DNA of 64,000 bases from Eledone cirrhosa. Its lineage: Eukaryota. Under the pieces are notes generated by a model. The model saw only the letters and a program-made list of their open reading frames with translations, was not told the origin of the DNA and did not search any database. The DNA is taken from positions 208,444,001 through 208,508,000 of the forward strand of contig OZ024741.1 of assembly GCA_964016885.1 (NCBI GenBank), given 5' to 3'. The translations under genes were made by a program, and so were the position numbers. Within the stretch, counting starts at the first letter, position 1. The number at the start of each line of letters is the position of its first letter. Below are positions 49,639-62,815 of the stretch, one piece after another.

Positions 49639-52600
49639 GATTTCTTTATTGGCCACAAGGGGTGACATCAAGAAAAACATCACAGACGGAACAGGATGGT
49701 ACGATGTGGGTTTTGTGCGTGTAAATATTTTTATTATTTATATAAGAAAAGAAAAAAGACATAAAACATATATATATATATATATAAACAATAAAATGAA
49801 AATTGAAACAATGAAAAATTCCCAAATAGGGGGGAAACCTGCGAGGGTTACTCGTGGCGAAAACCACACAAAAGACCACGGCCACCCTGACTACCAGGGC
49901 AAGCGCCCTCTCTCAATTTTTCCATCTCTCAAACTACAGACGTATATTCAGAGTGGTCCCGTTCACTCGGACCATTCTCGCTACATTCGCCCATCTTTCA
50001 ACAAACTTGCTAGAAAGCAGCACTTGCCTCTCCACCCTGGTTTTCCTCTACAAGTGAAACTTGAAAAAGTTAATTAGGGATTCGCCGAAGAGGAAAGTGT
50101 TTGTCTTTAATTCTTTTAACCTTGTCCACCAGACAATCTCTTTCGCCATGGCCACCAGGCAGATGAAAACCGCCTGCCCTTCCTCTTCAAAGGAAGACGG
50201 CGAGACCATCTGCACAATGGACTCAGTCGACAACCGGATCAGTCCCACACGTGACAGCAACTGTTCGACATAGCTCCACAAGTCAGCAATGTTCGGGCAC
50301 TGAACGAGTGCGTGCACAACGGTTTCGTCGCTATGCGCGCATCTCGGACAGGCTCGGCTAACGGCACTTCCATGCCTGTAGAGCTTATCTCGAACCGGCA
50401 GCGCTCCCCGGTAGCACTGCCAGGCCAGGGATTTTTGGAAGTTATCCATAGGCCCCGGGCTGAAAGTTCTCCGGAAGAGAGCAAGCAGCTGATCTTCTTC
50501 GACGCTCAGGATCTCTCCGAGAACGTCGTCGCTCTTCCCTCCACTAGTCCTCTATAGAACGCCGAGGTGGATGTTCCACCGATACTGGTGCCCAACTGGG
50601 AGAGGGCAGTGAGCGCTTGGAGACATTCCAGTTTCCAAGCGCTATCCCTCGGTCTTTTTCTGACCCAGGACTGCAGCTCCGTCAAGGAGACGAGCTGTGG
50701 GAAAATGTGCCTGGCGAACGGCGACCACACCCGTTCACCATCAAGGAAGCACCAGAGATGTCGCAGCCTCAGCGCATGTTTGCGCATCATCAGCCATGGC
50801 ATGCCCAGTCCTCCACGCAACGGGTGTTGACAGCAGATGGTTCGTCTGACCATGGGAGCGCGTCCCTTCCACAAAAAGCCGAAGAGGAGGCGCTCCATTT
50901 TGGTGAGAGTTGGGTTGGAGCAAGGGACGACGGTGAGGCGGTAGCAGATGACGGATGCGATGTACGCATTCGCCACTTCCGCTCGGCCTTTCAGGGATAG
51001 CTTCTGGGTGAGGAAGGCCACCCTGCTCGTCACCTCGTTCCAGTTTTTCTCCATCTGGAGGTCCGGTCCGAACCAGACCCCGAGCAATTTAACCGGTCCG
51101 TCCGTCCAACGCCCCACGACGCTGTCGGACGGCATGGACTTGCCTCTCCAGGTGCCTAGCTGCAAGCCCACCGACTTTTCCTGGTTTATCTTTGCTCCTG
51201 TCACCGCTTCGTATTCCTTGAGAGCGGTGTCGAGCATCTGGACGTGTCTGGTGCTCGACACCACCACGGTGACGTCGTCAGCGTAAGCCGACTCGGATCT
51301 CCCGCATCCTAGTTCGCGTGGGACGCCCCTCATCGCCCCCAGTTTGTGCAGTAACGGCTCTAGAGCCAATACGTACAAGAGGAACGAGAAGGGACAACCC
51401 TGGCGGACTGAGCGCATGATGCTGAACGGCTGCGACATATGTCGCTGTACATTGCTGCGATCCAACGCCTGAAAACGGGTCCGAAACCGGCTGCCTCGAG
51501 GACCGCCGCCAGGTACCGATGGTCGAACCTATCGAATGCTTTGGATTGATCCAAGTTGATCAGGGCCCACCCTTGCCAGGTTCCTTAACCACCCTCTCTA
51601 TGATGTATCGCATAAGGTGGAGATTGTCGTATATGGATCTGTCCGGAATGGCGCATGTCTGCGCTTCTCCCACCAGACCCTTGACGACAAGCGCCAACCT
51701 CGTTGCTAACACCTTGGCCAAAATCTTGAACTCTGCGTTTAGCAGGGTTATGGGCCTGAAATTATGAATAACATCCCCCTTGTTCAGGTCTTTTCTCAGC
51801 AGCGCCACTGCTCCCCGTCTCACAAAACTGGGAATGCTCCCGTTCTGCTGCCAGTTGCAGTAGACGTCTGCCAAGAGGTCACCGAACAAGTCTGGCATAA
51901 ATACATAAAGCTCATAGGGCAGACCATCTAAACATGGCGATTTACCTCTTGTGCAGTTAGCCATCGATTCCCGTATTTCACCGGCTGTTATTGGCTTTTC
52001 GCAACACTGAGCTACTGTCGTCGAGAGCCGAGCAGTCCGTCGAGGTATGCACTGAAGTCCATGCCCCGATCCGGGCCGCCGCCGATCCCGAACAGTTCAG
52101 CAAAGTGCTACTGAAAAGCTTCACACATCCGCTCGGGTTCGAGCATCACGCACCCGTTTTGTTCAGACAAAGACCGAATAGTGGCTTTATTGCCACGTCG
52201 CGCCTCTGCCACCCGGGCCCATTGGACGGCTTTTGTCCCCTCGTGTTTCAGAGCACGCGCTCTAGCTCTGACAACGCAGCCTTCGTGTTTTGCGTTGAAG
52301 AATTGGTCGAGTGCCAATCTCGCCGCAAGCACGTCGGTTGCGATGCCTGTCCTAAACGCCTCTTCTAGCTTTCTGACTAGCTCTTCCTCTACTCTATTTT
52401 CCTCTATCACTACTCCTTTGCTAAACCTAATCGACTCTACTTTAATTGCCCTTTTCAGGGCGAACCACCACCTGTTGTTGACGACCGCTCCCGTCAACGC
52501 CCGCTTAACTAATACGCTAATCCGGTCTCTGTAGGCCTTGCGCGCCGGGAAAGAGGCGTTCAACTTCCAGTAACCAGGCCCTTGTCTATGAAGTCTGTCT

Positions 52601-55527
52601 ATGTCGATCTCACAGATCACAAATTTGTGGTTTGTGTAGTCGACTATTTTAAATTGTGGACAACTTATAGTAGCCTTATCTAGTTCCCTGCAGAATACCC
52701 TATCTAGATACGATCTGGATTATCCGATGCGGTTTGTCCATCACCACATTGGCACATTCGGGTGATCCAGTCGATACCTGTCAGACAGTTCAAAACGTCT
52801 GAGCAGGTTGGTGAGGCTCTTGCACCCTCCTCCCCTATCCACTAGCCCCACACGATCCCAGCGTGCATCCAAGATACCGTCCAGTCGCCCACTAACACTA
52901 AAGAGCGGGACGTTCCAAGAAAGGTCTCTAGACGTCTTAAGAAATCTGGCCGTCTTTCCCCTGTTGGGGCGTAGACGGCCACTAGCCTGAAAGCATTGCC
53001 TTCGCTGCCGGTCACGTCCAGCACCACCGACTTACCTTCTGGGTCCAGGAAGATGGCCCGTATCGCGAGATCCAAGCCTCTCCGAAAAAGGACGGCAAAC
53101 CCTCCACCCGATCCTGGACGGCTGGGAGATGCGTATACATCGTAGCCGCCGAAGATCGGTGCGAAGGCCCGTGCTTCGGAGATTCTGGTTTCACTGATGG
53201 CCACCACATCTATGTTTAGTGACCTGAGGTCATTGAGCAGGTGAGCCTGCTTCCAAGATGACCCCAGGCCACGTGCATTTATACTGCCTATTCTGAGTAC
53301 AGCCATGTTGGATGAGAAACGGGGCAAATGAGAAAGGGTCACTTACCTTGTTCGTGTGGTGAAGGGACAGTAGAACCGTCCCTTTCGCTGGTCGTGGGTG
53401 TTTCCAAGAGGTAACCGTCCCTCTGAAGTCTCCAACTGCGTTGGGGAATTTTTGTTTTAAAGGTTTGTATTGTTCTATTGAGATTTCGATGATGCTTATG
53501 TTTGTCGGGAGAGTTCTTGGTGTTGGTGGGGTGTAGTAGTTTTTTTCCGTGATGTCTGTGTGCTGCTTTATATATTTTATGAGTTCTATTTTTGCTATGT
53601 TTATGGCTGTGTACTTTTTGTGGGGAGGGGGGATTTTGTTGCCGTTTTCTTCTTGTTGCTGTTTGGTGTGTGTGTCTTATTGTGTTTGCGTTGTTGGTGT
53701 TTGTGGTGGTGTTGCTGCAAGTTTCCTTGCTGCCTTTACCCCTCTTTGTATGCCTTCGCTTTTGGAGGGTGAATCTAAGGGTTTTTTGTTTTTTTGTTTT
53801 TTGTGGCAGACTGTTTGCCACGTCACTCCCGCCTCAAACTCGATGTCGGATTCTGTGGCGTCTGGGAGGGGTATGTGCTCCACAGCTGTTGGTGGTGGTA
53901 GTGGAGCCCTCTTCGGCAATGTTGTTGCTGGTGTAGCTATTTCAAATGTAGCTATTGGTGTTGCCGCTACTGATGATGCTGCATTAGTTATCCGTGGCCT
54001 TGGTACGGGTGCTACGGACGTTGCCCTCCTACTCACCGTGGAAGGGGCTTCTTCGTTTGTTGCCTGTCCTGCTCTTGGTAGCAGCGGACCAGGTATTGGA
54101 AGGAGAGGGGCCCTCTTCGGTGTCTTCTGCGGGCAAAAGGCTCTGAGGTGACCTTTCGACCCACAGAGATAACATTTTGGCCGTCTTCCTTCTACACTTA
54201 TAGGCAGTTGGAGTCCTTCCTCGAAGTCTATGATATCGGGGATAGCCTCGATACATTCCTGGTCAGTTTGTATAAGCATTTGCATGCCTATACCTGACCA
54301 GTTCTCTCTCCCTATTTTTTCTACTTGCATCATGGTCGCCCTGTTCTCAATTCCAGCAAGGACAGACGCGGCCAGCCAAGGTATGGGCACGTCGGGTGGG
54401 ACCTGGGTCACTTTGACCCTCACAATTTTCTGCCCGCAGTAGGAGGGCACCAAGACTAACTCCTCACTCTTTAGGGTTTCCAAAGAGTGAGACTTTGCTT
54501 CCTGCGGGGTGGCGAAAAGTACGTCTACTGTGGCGTACTTTCTGCCTCGGGTGATGTGGGATTTGCGTGCCCAGACGCACCCCACGGCCTTTTGGATTTG
54601 AGCCTCCGTGGCTTTCTCCACTCGATGTGAGATTTTGCTTACGGTGCGGTAAGTCACCGTCCGTAGCTGCTGGTCCTTGAAAAAATCGGGTGGAGGTGTC
54701 AGGGAAACTCTATTTGTGCTTCTTGTCACCATGGTCCTTGCGACTGCCATCTCCTCCTCTCTGACTAACACTGTCTCGATATTTCGGGCGACACCTGCAA
54801 AAGAAGTGGTCCCTTTTTCAGCAGCACCACTATTGCTGCCGCTACTGGTCTTACTGGTGGTGCTGAGGTCGCTATTACAGGTATCGGTGTCATTGTTGTT
54901 CTTTTCGCTGGTACTGTTGTTGGTGTTGTTTTCGTTGATACTGTTGCTGCTGTTACTGTTATTGTGGCTGTTGTTATTATTGTTGTTTATGTTGATACTG
55001 TTCCTACTATTATTGTTGTTGTGGCTGTTGTTATTGTCATTGTTATTGTTGTTCTCGACCTTACCGCTGTTATTTTTGTTATTGTCGTTCTCGACTTTAC
55101 CGCTGTTATTTTTGGTGATGTTGTTGGTGTTATTGTTGGTGTTGTTTGTGTTAGAAATATTTGGTAATTTTAAATCTGTAACAATCTTTTTTTCGTTTGT
55201 AATATTTTCGTTTATATTTACCTCCGCTGGAACGCTGTCTTGTTGACATGCTGATAAAGTCTCCTTCTCTCTGTGTTGTCTGACAGCGCTCTCTCTCTTT
55301 GTGTTATCCATGTTGAAATTTTTCAAAAAAAATATTTTTACACAAATACGAATACGACACCCCGTAAAGGGGTGCCGTATTATTTACTAGTGAACCCCTG
55401 TATTAGGTGGGTCACTTCTTCTAAACTTTTATCAAATTTAAAACTTGAATAAAAGGTTTAGAACGGTTGAAAAAGAGGTAAAACGTTGAAAAAGACTGGA
55501 GGCGATAAGAAGCGTGGCTTCACCAAC
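49639..55527 (-). mobile_element. Tx1-like element, full-length, (AAT)n on both sides
   Basis: ORF1 53677-55326; ORF2 from 53306 in frameshifted pieces (GSINARGL, DQSKAFD, RQGCP, AYADD, CPRC). Confidence 0.92.
53677..55326 (-). pseudogene. Tx1-like ORF1 (Asn-rich N-terminus, CCHC zinc knuckle); frameshifted tail continues to 53339
   Basis: 549 aa; SFAGVA; VEGRRPKCYLCGSKGHLRAFCP. Confidence 0.85.
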
Positions 55528-55550
55528 AATAATAATAATAATAATAATAA

Positions 55551-56320
55551 TGATTTCTTTATTGGCCACAAGGGCTGACATCAAGAAAAACATTACAGAC
55601 GGCACAGGACGGTACAGGACGGTACGATGTGGGTTTTGTGCGTGTAAATATTTTTATTATTTATGTAAGAAAAGAAAAAAAAGGACATAGCAACATATAT
55701 ATGTATAAACAATAAAAATGAAAATAGAAACAATGAAAATTTCCCCAATAGGGGGGGAAACCTCCGAGGGTTACTCGTGGCGAAAACCACACAAAAGACC
55801 ACGGCCACCCTGACCACCAGGGCAAGCGCCCTCTCTCAATTTTTCCATCTCTCAAACTACAGACGTATATTCAGAGTGGTCCCGTTCACTCGGACCATTC
55901 TCGCTACATTCACCCAACCTTTCAACAAACTTGCTAGAAAGCAGCACTTGCCTCTCCACCCTGATTTTCCTCTTCAAGTGAAACTTGAAAAAGTTAATCA
56001 GGGATTCGCCGAAGAGGAAAGTGTCTGTCTTTAACTCTTTTAACCTTGTCCACCACACAATCTCTTTCGCCATGGCCACCAGGCAGATGAAAACCGCCTG
56101 CCCTTCCTCCTCGAAGGAAGACGGCGAGACCATCTGCACAATGGACTCAGTCGACAACCGGATCAGTTCCACACGCGACAGCAACTGTTCGACATAGCTC
56201 CACAAGTCAGTGCTCGGGCACTGAATGAGTGCGTGCACAACGGTTTCGTCGCTCTGCGCGCATCTCGGACAGGCTCGGCTGACGGCACTTCCGTGCCTGT
56301 AGAGCTTATCTCGAACCGGC
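55551..56320 (-). mobile_element. Short 3' copy of the 49639-55527 Tx1-like family
   Basis: Near-identical to 49639-50400; (AAT)n on both sides. Confidence 0.92.
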
Positions 56321-56346
56321 ATAATAATAATAATAATAATAATAAT

Positions 56347-59300
56347 GATTTCATTTATTGGCCACAAGGGCCGACATATAGGGGACAATACAAAAGACTG
56401 GGACAGTGGGGTTTTACAGAAAAATCGAGTAAATAATATGAATAACAATAATAAAGTAACAATAAAGTAACAAGAAAATTACAAGAAAAAATTCCCCAAT
56501 ACGGGGGATGACCACCTAGGGTTCGCTCAGGTACCCCACCAGTCCTGAACGACCCGACGCTTCGAGAGCACCCTGGAAGGGCACCCCTCTCCTCTTCAAA
56601 TTTACCTACCTACAGCCGCATGACCAGAGTAGGCCCACTCACAGGGGCCATTCTCGCCACATTCACCCACCTTTCAGCAAATGTACTGGGGGGGGGGGGG
56701 CAGCACTTCTCTCTCCACCCTCACCTTCCTTTCCAAGTGAAACTTGAAAAAGTTGATGAGTGATTGGCCGCAGAGAAAAGTGTCTGTCTTCAGTCCTTTC
56801 AACCTCGTCCACCATACAACCTCTTTCGCTACTGCCACCAGACAGAGGAAAATTGCCTGCCCTTCCTGGCCAAAAGAAGGCGGCGGGTCGATCTTCACTA
56901 TGGAATCGGCCGATAGCCGGATCCGTTCTACACGCGACAACAGCTGTTCAACATAACCCCACAAGTCAGTAATGCACGGACATTGGACGAGTGCGTGCAG
57001 AACAGTTTCGTCGGTCTGCGCACATCTCGCGTAGGTCCGTCTGACAGCACTTCCGTGCCTGTAGAGTTTATCTCGAACCGGCAGTGCCCCCCGGTAGCAC
57101 TGCCAAGCGAGGGATTTTTGGAAATTATCCATCGTCCCCGGCTCGAAAGTCTTCCGGTACAGACTGGTTAGTTCGACTTCGTTAACTCCCAGAGCCTCTC
57201 CGAGTACGTCGTCGCACTTGCCTACCACTAATCATCTATAGAACTCGAGAGTGGAAGTTCCACTGACCGCATTGCCCGCTTGGTAGAGGGCAGTGACTGC
57301 CTGGCAACATTCCAGATGCCAGTCACCCAGTCTCGGTCTCTTCTTGACCCAGGACTGCAACTCAGTCAAAGAAACGAGCTGCGGAAAGGCCCGTCTGACA
57401 AACGGCGACCACACCTGTTCACCGTTTATGCAGAATATCTGGAGATGCCGCAGCCTCAGCGCGTGCCTGCGCATCATTAGCCACAGCATGCCTAGCCCTC
57501 CACGTAGAGGGTTCTGGCAGCAGATGGACCGCCTCACCAGCGGAACCTGACCCCTCCACAAGAATTTGAAGAGGAGCCGCTCCAAGATGGCGAGGTGCGA
57601 AGGGAGGCAAGAGACGACAGTCAGACGGTAGTAGATGACGGACGCGATGTACGCGTTCGCCACCTCCGCTCGACCTTTCAGTGATAGCTTCATCCCAGCC
57701 CATTTCTGGATGAGACTGACTACCCTACCCGTCACCTCGTCCCAATTCTTATCCACCTGGAGGTCTGGCCCTAGCAACTTTACCGGTCCGTCCGTCCAGC
57801 GCCTAGCGACGCTGTTGGACGGCATGGACTTGCCTCTCCAGGTGCCGAGTTGCAAGCCCACTGACTTTTCCGGGTTAAGTTTTTCTCCCGTCAACCTTTC
57901 ATATTCCTCCAATAAGGTGCCAACCACCTCGATTTCTGAGGTGCCTGAAACCATCCCGGTGATGTCGTCCGCATAAGCCGACACAGCCTTTCCGCGTCCC
58001 GGTTCGAGCGGGATGCCCTGCAACAGCTGCAGTTTCCGCAGTAAAGGCTCGAGAGTCAATACGTACAAAATGGAAGAGAGAGGGCACCCTTGACGGACCG
58101 ATCGGGAGACCTGAAACGGTTCCGAGAGGTGGCCATTAATTTTGACCATCGAGCAGGTGGCGCTGTGCATTGCAGCGATCCAGCTTCTGAAGACAGGGTC
58201 GAAGTCAGCCGCCTTGAGGACAGCCTCCAGGTACTGATGGTCGACCCTATCGAATGCTTTCGATTGATTTAAATTGATCAGAGCCCCACCGAAGCAAGGT
58301 TTACACCCTACCCTCTCTATGATGTATCGCATTAGGTGGAGGTTGTCGTGTATGGACCTGGTTGGGATTGCGCAAGTTTGCGCCTCCCCAACCAAATCCC
58401 CGTCGACAAGCGCCAACCTCTTCGCTAACACCCTGGCCCAAATCTTAAATTCTGTGTTGAGCAGAGTTATGGGCCTGAAATTGTCTAATGTGTCCCTCTT
58501 GTTCTCGTCTTTCCTTATCGGCGTCACTACGCCCCGACTCACAGAACTGGGAATACTGCCGTTTTGCTGCCAGTTGCAGTAGAGGGCTTCGAGGAGATTG
58601 GAGAACAAGTCTGGCATATTTACATAAAGCTCGTAGGGCAGACCATCCAAACCGGGTGACTTGCGCCTCATGCAGCCGACAAGGGCATCCTGAATCTTGG
58701 TGGAAGTAATTGGCCTTTCGCAGCGCCCAGCGTCAGCCGTTGAGAGTTGCGGCAAGCCATCGAAGTAGGGACTGAAGTCCGCCACCATCTCTGACCCGCC
58801 ACCTCCCCCGAACAACCGAGCAAAATGTTGGCGAAAGGCCTCACACATCCTTTTGGAATCGCTCAGGTCGTGCCCGTCTCGGTCCGTCAAAGACCGAATC
58901 GTGGTTTTATTACCACGCTGCGCCTCTTCCACGCGGGCCCATCGAACAGCTTTGGTTCCCTCGTTTCTCAGAGCAAGCACCTTAGCTCTGACAATGCAAC
59001 CATCGTGTTTCGCATTGAAGAAATGGTCTAATGTCATTCTCGCCGCTAGCACATCAGTTGCAATGCCACTACCAATCGCCTCGTCTAACTTATCTACCAA
59101 CTCCCCCCTCCTTTCTATTTTTCTCTAATGCTACTTCTTTGCTAAACTCTATCGACATTACTCTAATCTCTCTTTTGAGAGCCCTCCACCATCTATTGTT
59201 GACAACTCCCCCTGTCAACTTTTTCTTAACTAAATTGTTGACCTGGTCCCTGTAAGCCTTACGTGCCGGAAATGACATGTTTAGCTTCCAGTAACCAGGT

Positions 59301-62204
59301 CCTAAGCTACGCGTCTTATCTAGGTCGACCGTACAGATCACAAACTTGTGATCTGAATAGGCGACCGTTTCAAAACGTGGACAGCTTACACTATTTCTGT
59401 CTATTTTCCTAATGAATATCCTGTCTATATACGATCTAGATGACCCTATGCGGTTAGCCCAGGTCCACACTGGCACATTAGGGAAATCTAGTCGGTACCT
59501 GTCAGACAGTTTGAACTGGCTGATCAGGTTCTTGAGGGTTTTGCACCCCCGCTCCTATCGAATACTCCCATACAGTCCCAGCGTGCGTCTAAGATGCCGT
59601 TCCAGTCCCCCGCTAACAGTAAAAGGCGAGACGTACCCAGAAAGGCTTCCAGGCGTCTAAAGAAGTCCGGCCGTCCTGCTCCAGTAGGAGCATAGACGGC
59701 CACCAGTCTAAAGTCACCACCTTCATTATTGTTCACGTCCAGGACCACCAACTTCCCGTCCGGGTCCCGGAAAATCGACTTTACCTCGAGATACAGGCCT
59801 TTCCTAAACAACACTCCCACCCCGCCTCCCATTCCCGGACGGCTAACAGATGCAAATATCTGATAGTCCTCGAAAATGCGAGCTAGTGCGCGCGTGTCGG
59901 AAATCCTGGTCTCGCTGATTGCAATTGCATCCATTTCTATAGACCTGAGGTCGTTGAGCAGGTGACCCTGCTTCCAGGACGATCCAGCCCTCGAACATTT
60001 AAACATTCGACTCTTAATACGGCCATGTTGGCAGGTTAAACAGAGAGAGAGGAAGGTTTATTACCTTCCGGGCTCTTGTGAAGGTCGGGTTGTTCGAGGT
60101 TTGGTTATTCCTTTGGGAACTCCTTTAAAAGTCTTGAAGTGGGTTTTACGTTCGGGTTCCCATGTCCCGAGGAAAGCTGTCTCGTATTTCTTTGAATATG
60201 TCGAGCGACATTCGCACCAGAACCAAATCTTCCGTCACGCGAAATGTGCTCGATTTAAACATTTCCCCCTCTTTTCGTATATTTTCACTTCGTGCTACGA
60301 GGGCCATCAGTTCCTTGTTGGCCCTCCTGACGAGCACGAAGTTTTGTATGTTTTGTTGGTGTGATTTCATTTGTTTGCGTGGTGATGGTTTTGGTGGTGT
60401 TGTTTCGGTTGTATCTGTGTTTGTTGTGAGTGCGGTGTCTGTGGTTTCAGATGTTTATGTGTATATTTGTTCTTGCGTCTGTTTCGGTTGTTTGCGTTTG
60501 GGGGATTCTGGTGATGGTGATGGTGGTGTTGATGTTGGTGTTATTAGAGAGATGTTTGCGTGGGTGGTGTCTGCGTTTTTTATTGTGGGGGATTTTGTGC
60601 TTTGTTGAGGTTTTTTTTTCTTTTTGTGTTTTTTTTTTTGTATTTTGGGGGATTTTGGATTTCCCTCATTTTCACTACTGGTAGATGAGGGGTCTGTGTC
60701 TGTAAGTGTGTCTGTATGTATGTTTATGGATTTATTGGTGTGTGTATTTTGGGGGGAGGGGTAATTTGACAACTTTCCTCGTTTCCCCCCTGGCTGTTCA
60801 ATGTTGGTGGTGGTATTTCTATTGGTGTTGTTGTTGGTGGTTTTGCCGGTGCTGGTGTTGGTTGTGGTCCTCGCCCCGGCGTCGGCAGCAGTGGAGCCTT
60901 TCGACCCCTTGCCTCTTTCACCAGTTGAGGGCAGAAGGCTCACAAATGGGTTATTCCCCACAAACAAAACACTGCGGCCTTTTGCCTTCGGTCATAATGT
61001 GAATGACCGTCCCATTCTGAAGGCGATGTGGTCTGGGATTGTCTTCACATTCTCGGGTCTAATCTGGAGAAGGATCTCCAGGTCAACCCCGGACCAGTCC
61101 TCTCTGGCCGTTCTGGTCACTTCTATAGGGACTGTATCCGTCCCCTCCACAATCACACATCCCAGAAGCCACCACATGTCAAGTCCTGCTGGGATTCTGG
61201 GAATGCGGAGACGGGCCGTTCTTTTTCCCATGTGGGAGGGGTATATTATGACCTTGCTGGTTTTGCAAGGAGTCATAGCGTGCTTCATAGCGAAGGCTTC
61301 TGACTTGAAAAACACCGAAATGGTGCCGTACTGTCTGCCCCACTCTATGTACTGGGTGTCTTCTCTGATGCACCTTCGACATCTTCTTGTGAGATCAAAG
61401 CTGCCCTTTTGGTTTGAGCTGAGATGCATTTATAATGCACCGTTTTGCGCTCCACTGCTTCAATAGCTTCTACCGGGACAGTTAAGTTGGCCCAAGTTTG
61501 CTCCTGCTTGATGAGCTTCCATGCCTGGGCCAACTTTTCATCTTTGTTTGAGAGGTCCATGTTAAAGCATGGCCTCTTTTTTGCTGCTGCCGCAGCGAAA
61601 GTGTTCTTCATGTTTTCGTTGGGGGTGTTGTTGACGTTGTTCTTGTTGGTGTTGTTGTTAGCACTGTCGCTGTTATCATTGTTGTCTTTGTTGCCACCGT
61701 TGTTCTCGGTGCAGTTGGTATTGTTGCTGTTGGTGTTGTCGCTATTTGTTTTCATGTTTGTGGTGTTGATATTGTTGTTGTGTTTGTTTTGTTTTTTTTG
61801 GTATCTGTATTTTCGTTGTCGCTGTTACTGTCATTTTTTTCAAAATTAGAGTTCTTATTGGTATCATTGGTGTCTTTGTTTACCTTGTTTGTGGTGGTGT
61901 TTGTGTTATCAATGTGTGTTAATTTCGCTGTAGTGCTCCTCTCAACTTCTACGTCGTTGTCGCACGTCAGCCGACATAGCGCTGGGGGGCGTGGTCAGCC
62001 ATATTTTTTTTCTTCGTAAATTTTTTAACATGTAAAAAAAAGTTCAAATATTTGGGCCAAAATGCCTAAATATTATACTTTCCCTTTCACGGGGCAAAGT
62101 CTAAGGGCTTATATCCCTTACACAACAAGAAATATTTAACAAATAATTTTAACAGGCAAATAAAGCGACTTACTGTGAGCGAGCAAAATACGTCCGCTTA
62201 GACC
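56347..62204 (-). mobile_element. Tx1-like element, full-length, same family as 39717-43743
   Basis: ORF1 fragments ~60060-62000; ORF2 from 60026; 622-aa RT segment 57232-59100; (AAT)n on both sides. Confidence 0.92.
57232..59100 (-). pseudogene. Tx1-like ORF2 RT segment
   Basis: KSPGLDGLPYE; FRPITLLN; QSKAFD; RQGCPLS; AYADD. Confidence 0.9.
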
Positions 62205-62218
62205 AATAATAATAATAA

Positions 62219-62366
62219 TTGTTTCTACTTTTGGCACAAGGCCAGCAATTACCCAGTGTATTACTGGTACTTTATTTTATCGACCCCATAAGGATGAAAG
62301 GCAAAGTTAACCTCGGCAGGATTTGAACTCAGACTGTAAAGGGACGTAACTATGCTAGAAAGCATG

Positions 62367-62367
<1 letters not shown>
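62219..62367 (-). mobile_element. SINE copy, same subfamily as 43781
   Basis: ttgtttctacttttggcacaaggccagcaatt..gatttgaactcag. Confidence 0.8.
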
Positions 62368-62399
<32 letters not shown>

Positions 62400-62402
<3 letters not shown>

Positions 62403-62790
62403 AGTGTAATTTTCTACACAAAACGAAGGTTATAGAGAAAATTGAGGTTGGTAATGGCACATGGAATATATAAGAGACAGAATACTTTTTTGTGAAAAAA
62501 CATAATTTTATAAGGTAAGGAAATAATAAAGGGTATAAAAAATGACCGGTTTCGATGGGTCTGCAAAAGCCATCTTTTCAAATGTTGATTAATATTAAGA
62601 AAAATTAATAATACGAAGAGTTAAAATTTGAGACTTGAAAATTCAAGTATAAAATTCATTGTGGGATTTCATAGCAGTTTTCATCTAGGTAGCAACAACA
62701 GGTTGACTGCTGTGTCCCTTTCTGGTAGTGAATGAGAAGTTATTTGGGGTGTGGGTTATTTTATAAAGGTCAGATTTAGCAATCACCAAC
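62400..62790 (-). mobile_element. PLE pLTR-like segment with degenerate HHR, inverted relative to the adjacent GIY-YIG ORF
   Basis: Minus strand ~62541-62585 reads TTGAAAA gatgg..ccatc GAAA ccgg TC att. Confidence 0.5.
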
Positions 62791-62815
62791 TGGCCAGCTA
62801 CTTAAAGATGTAAAA

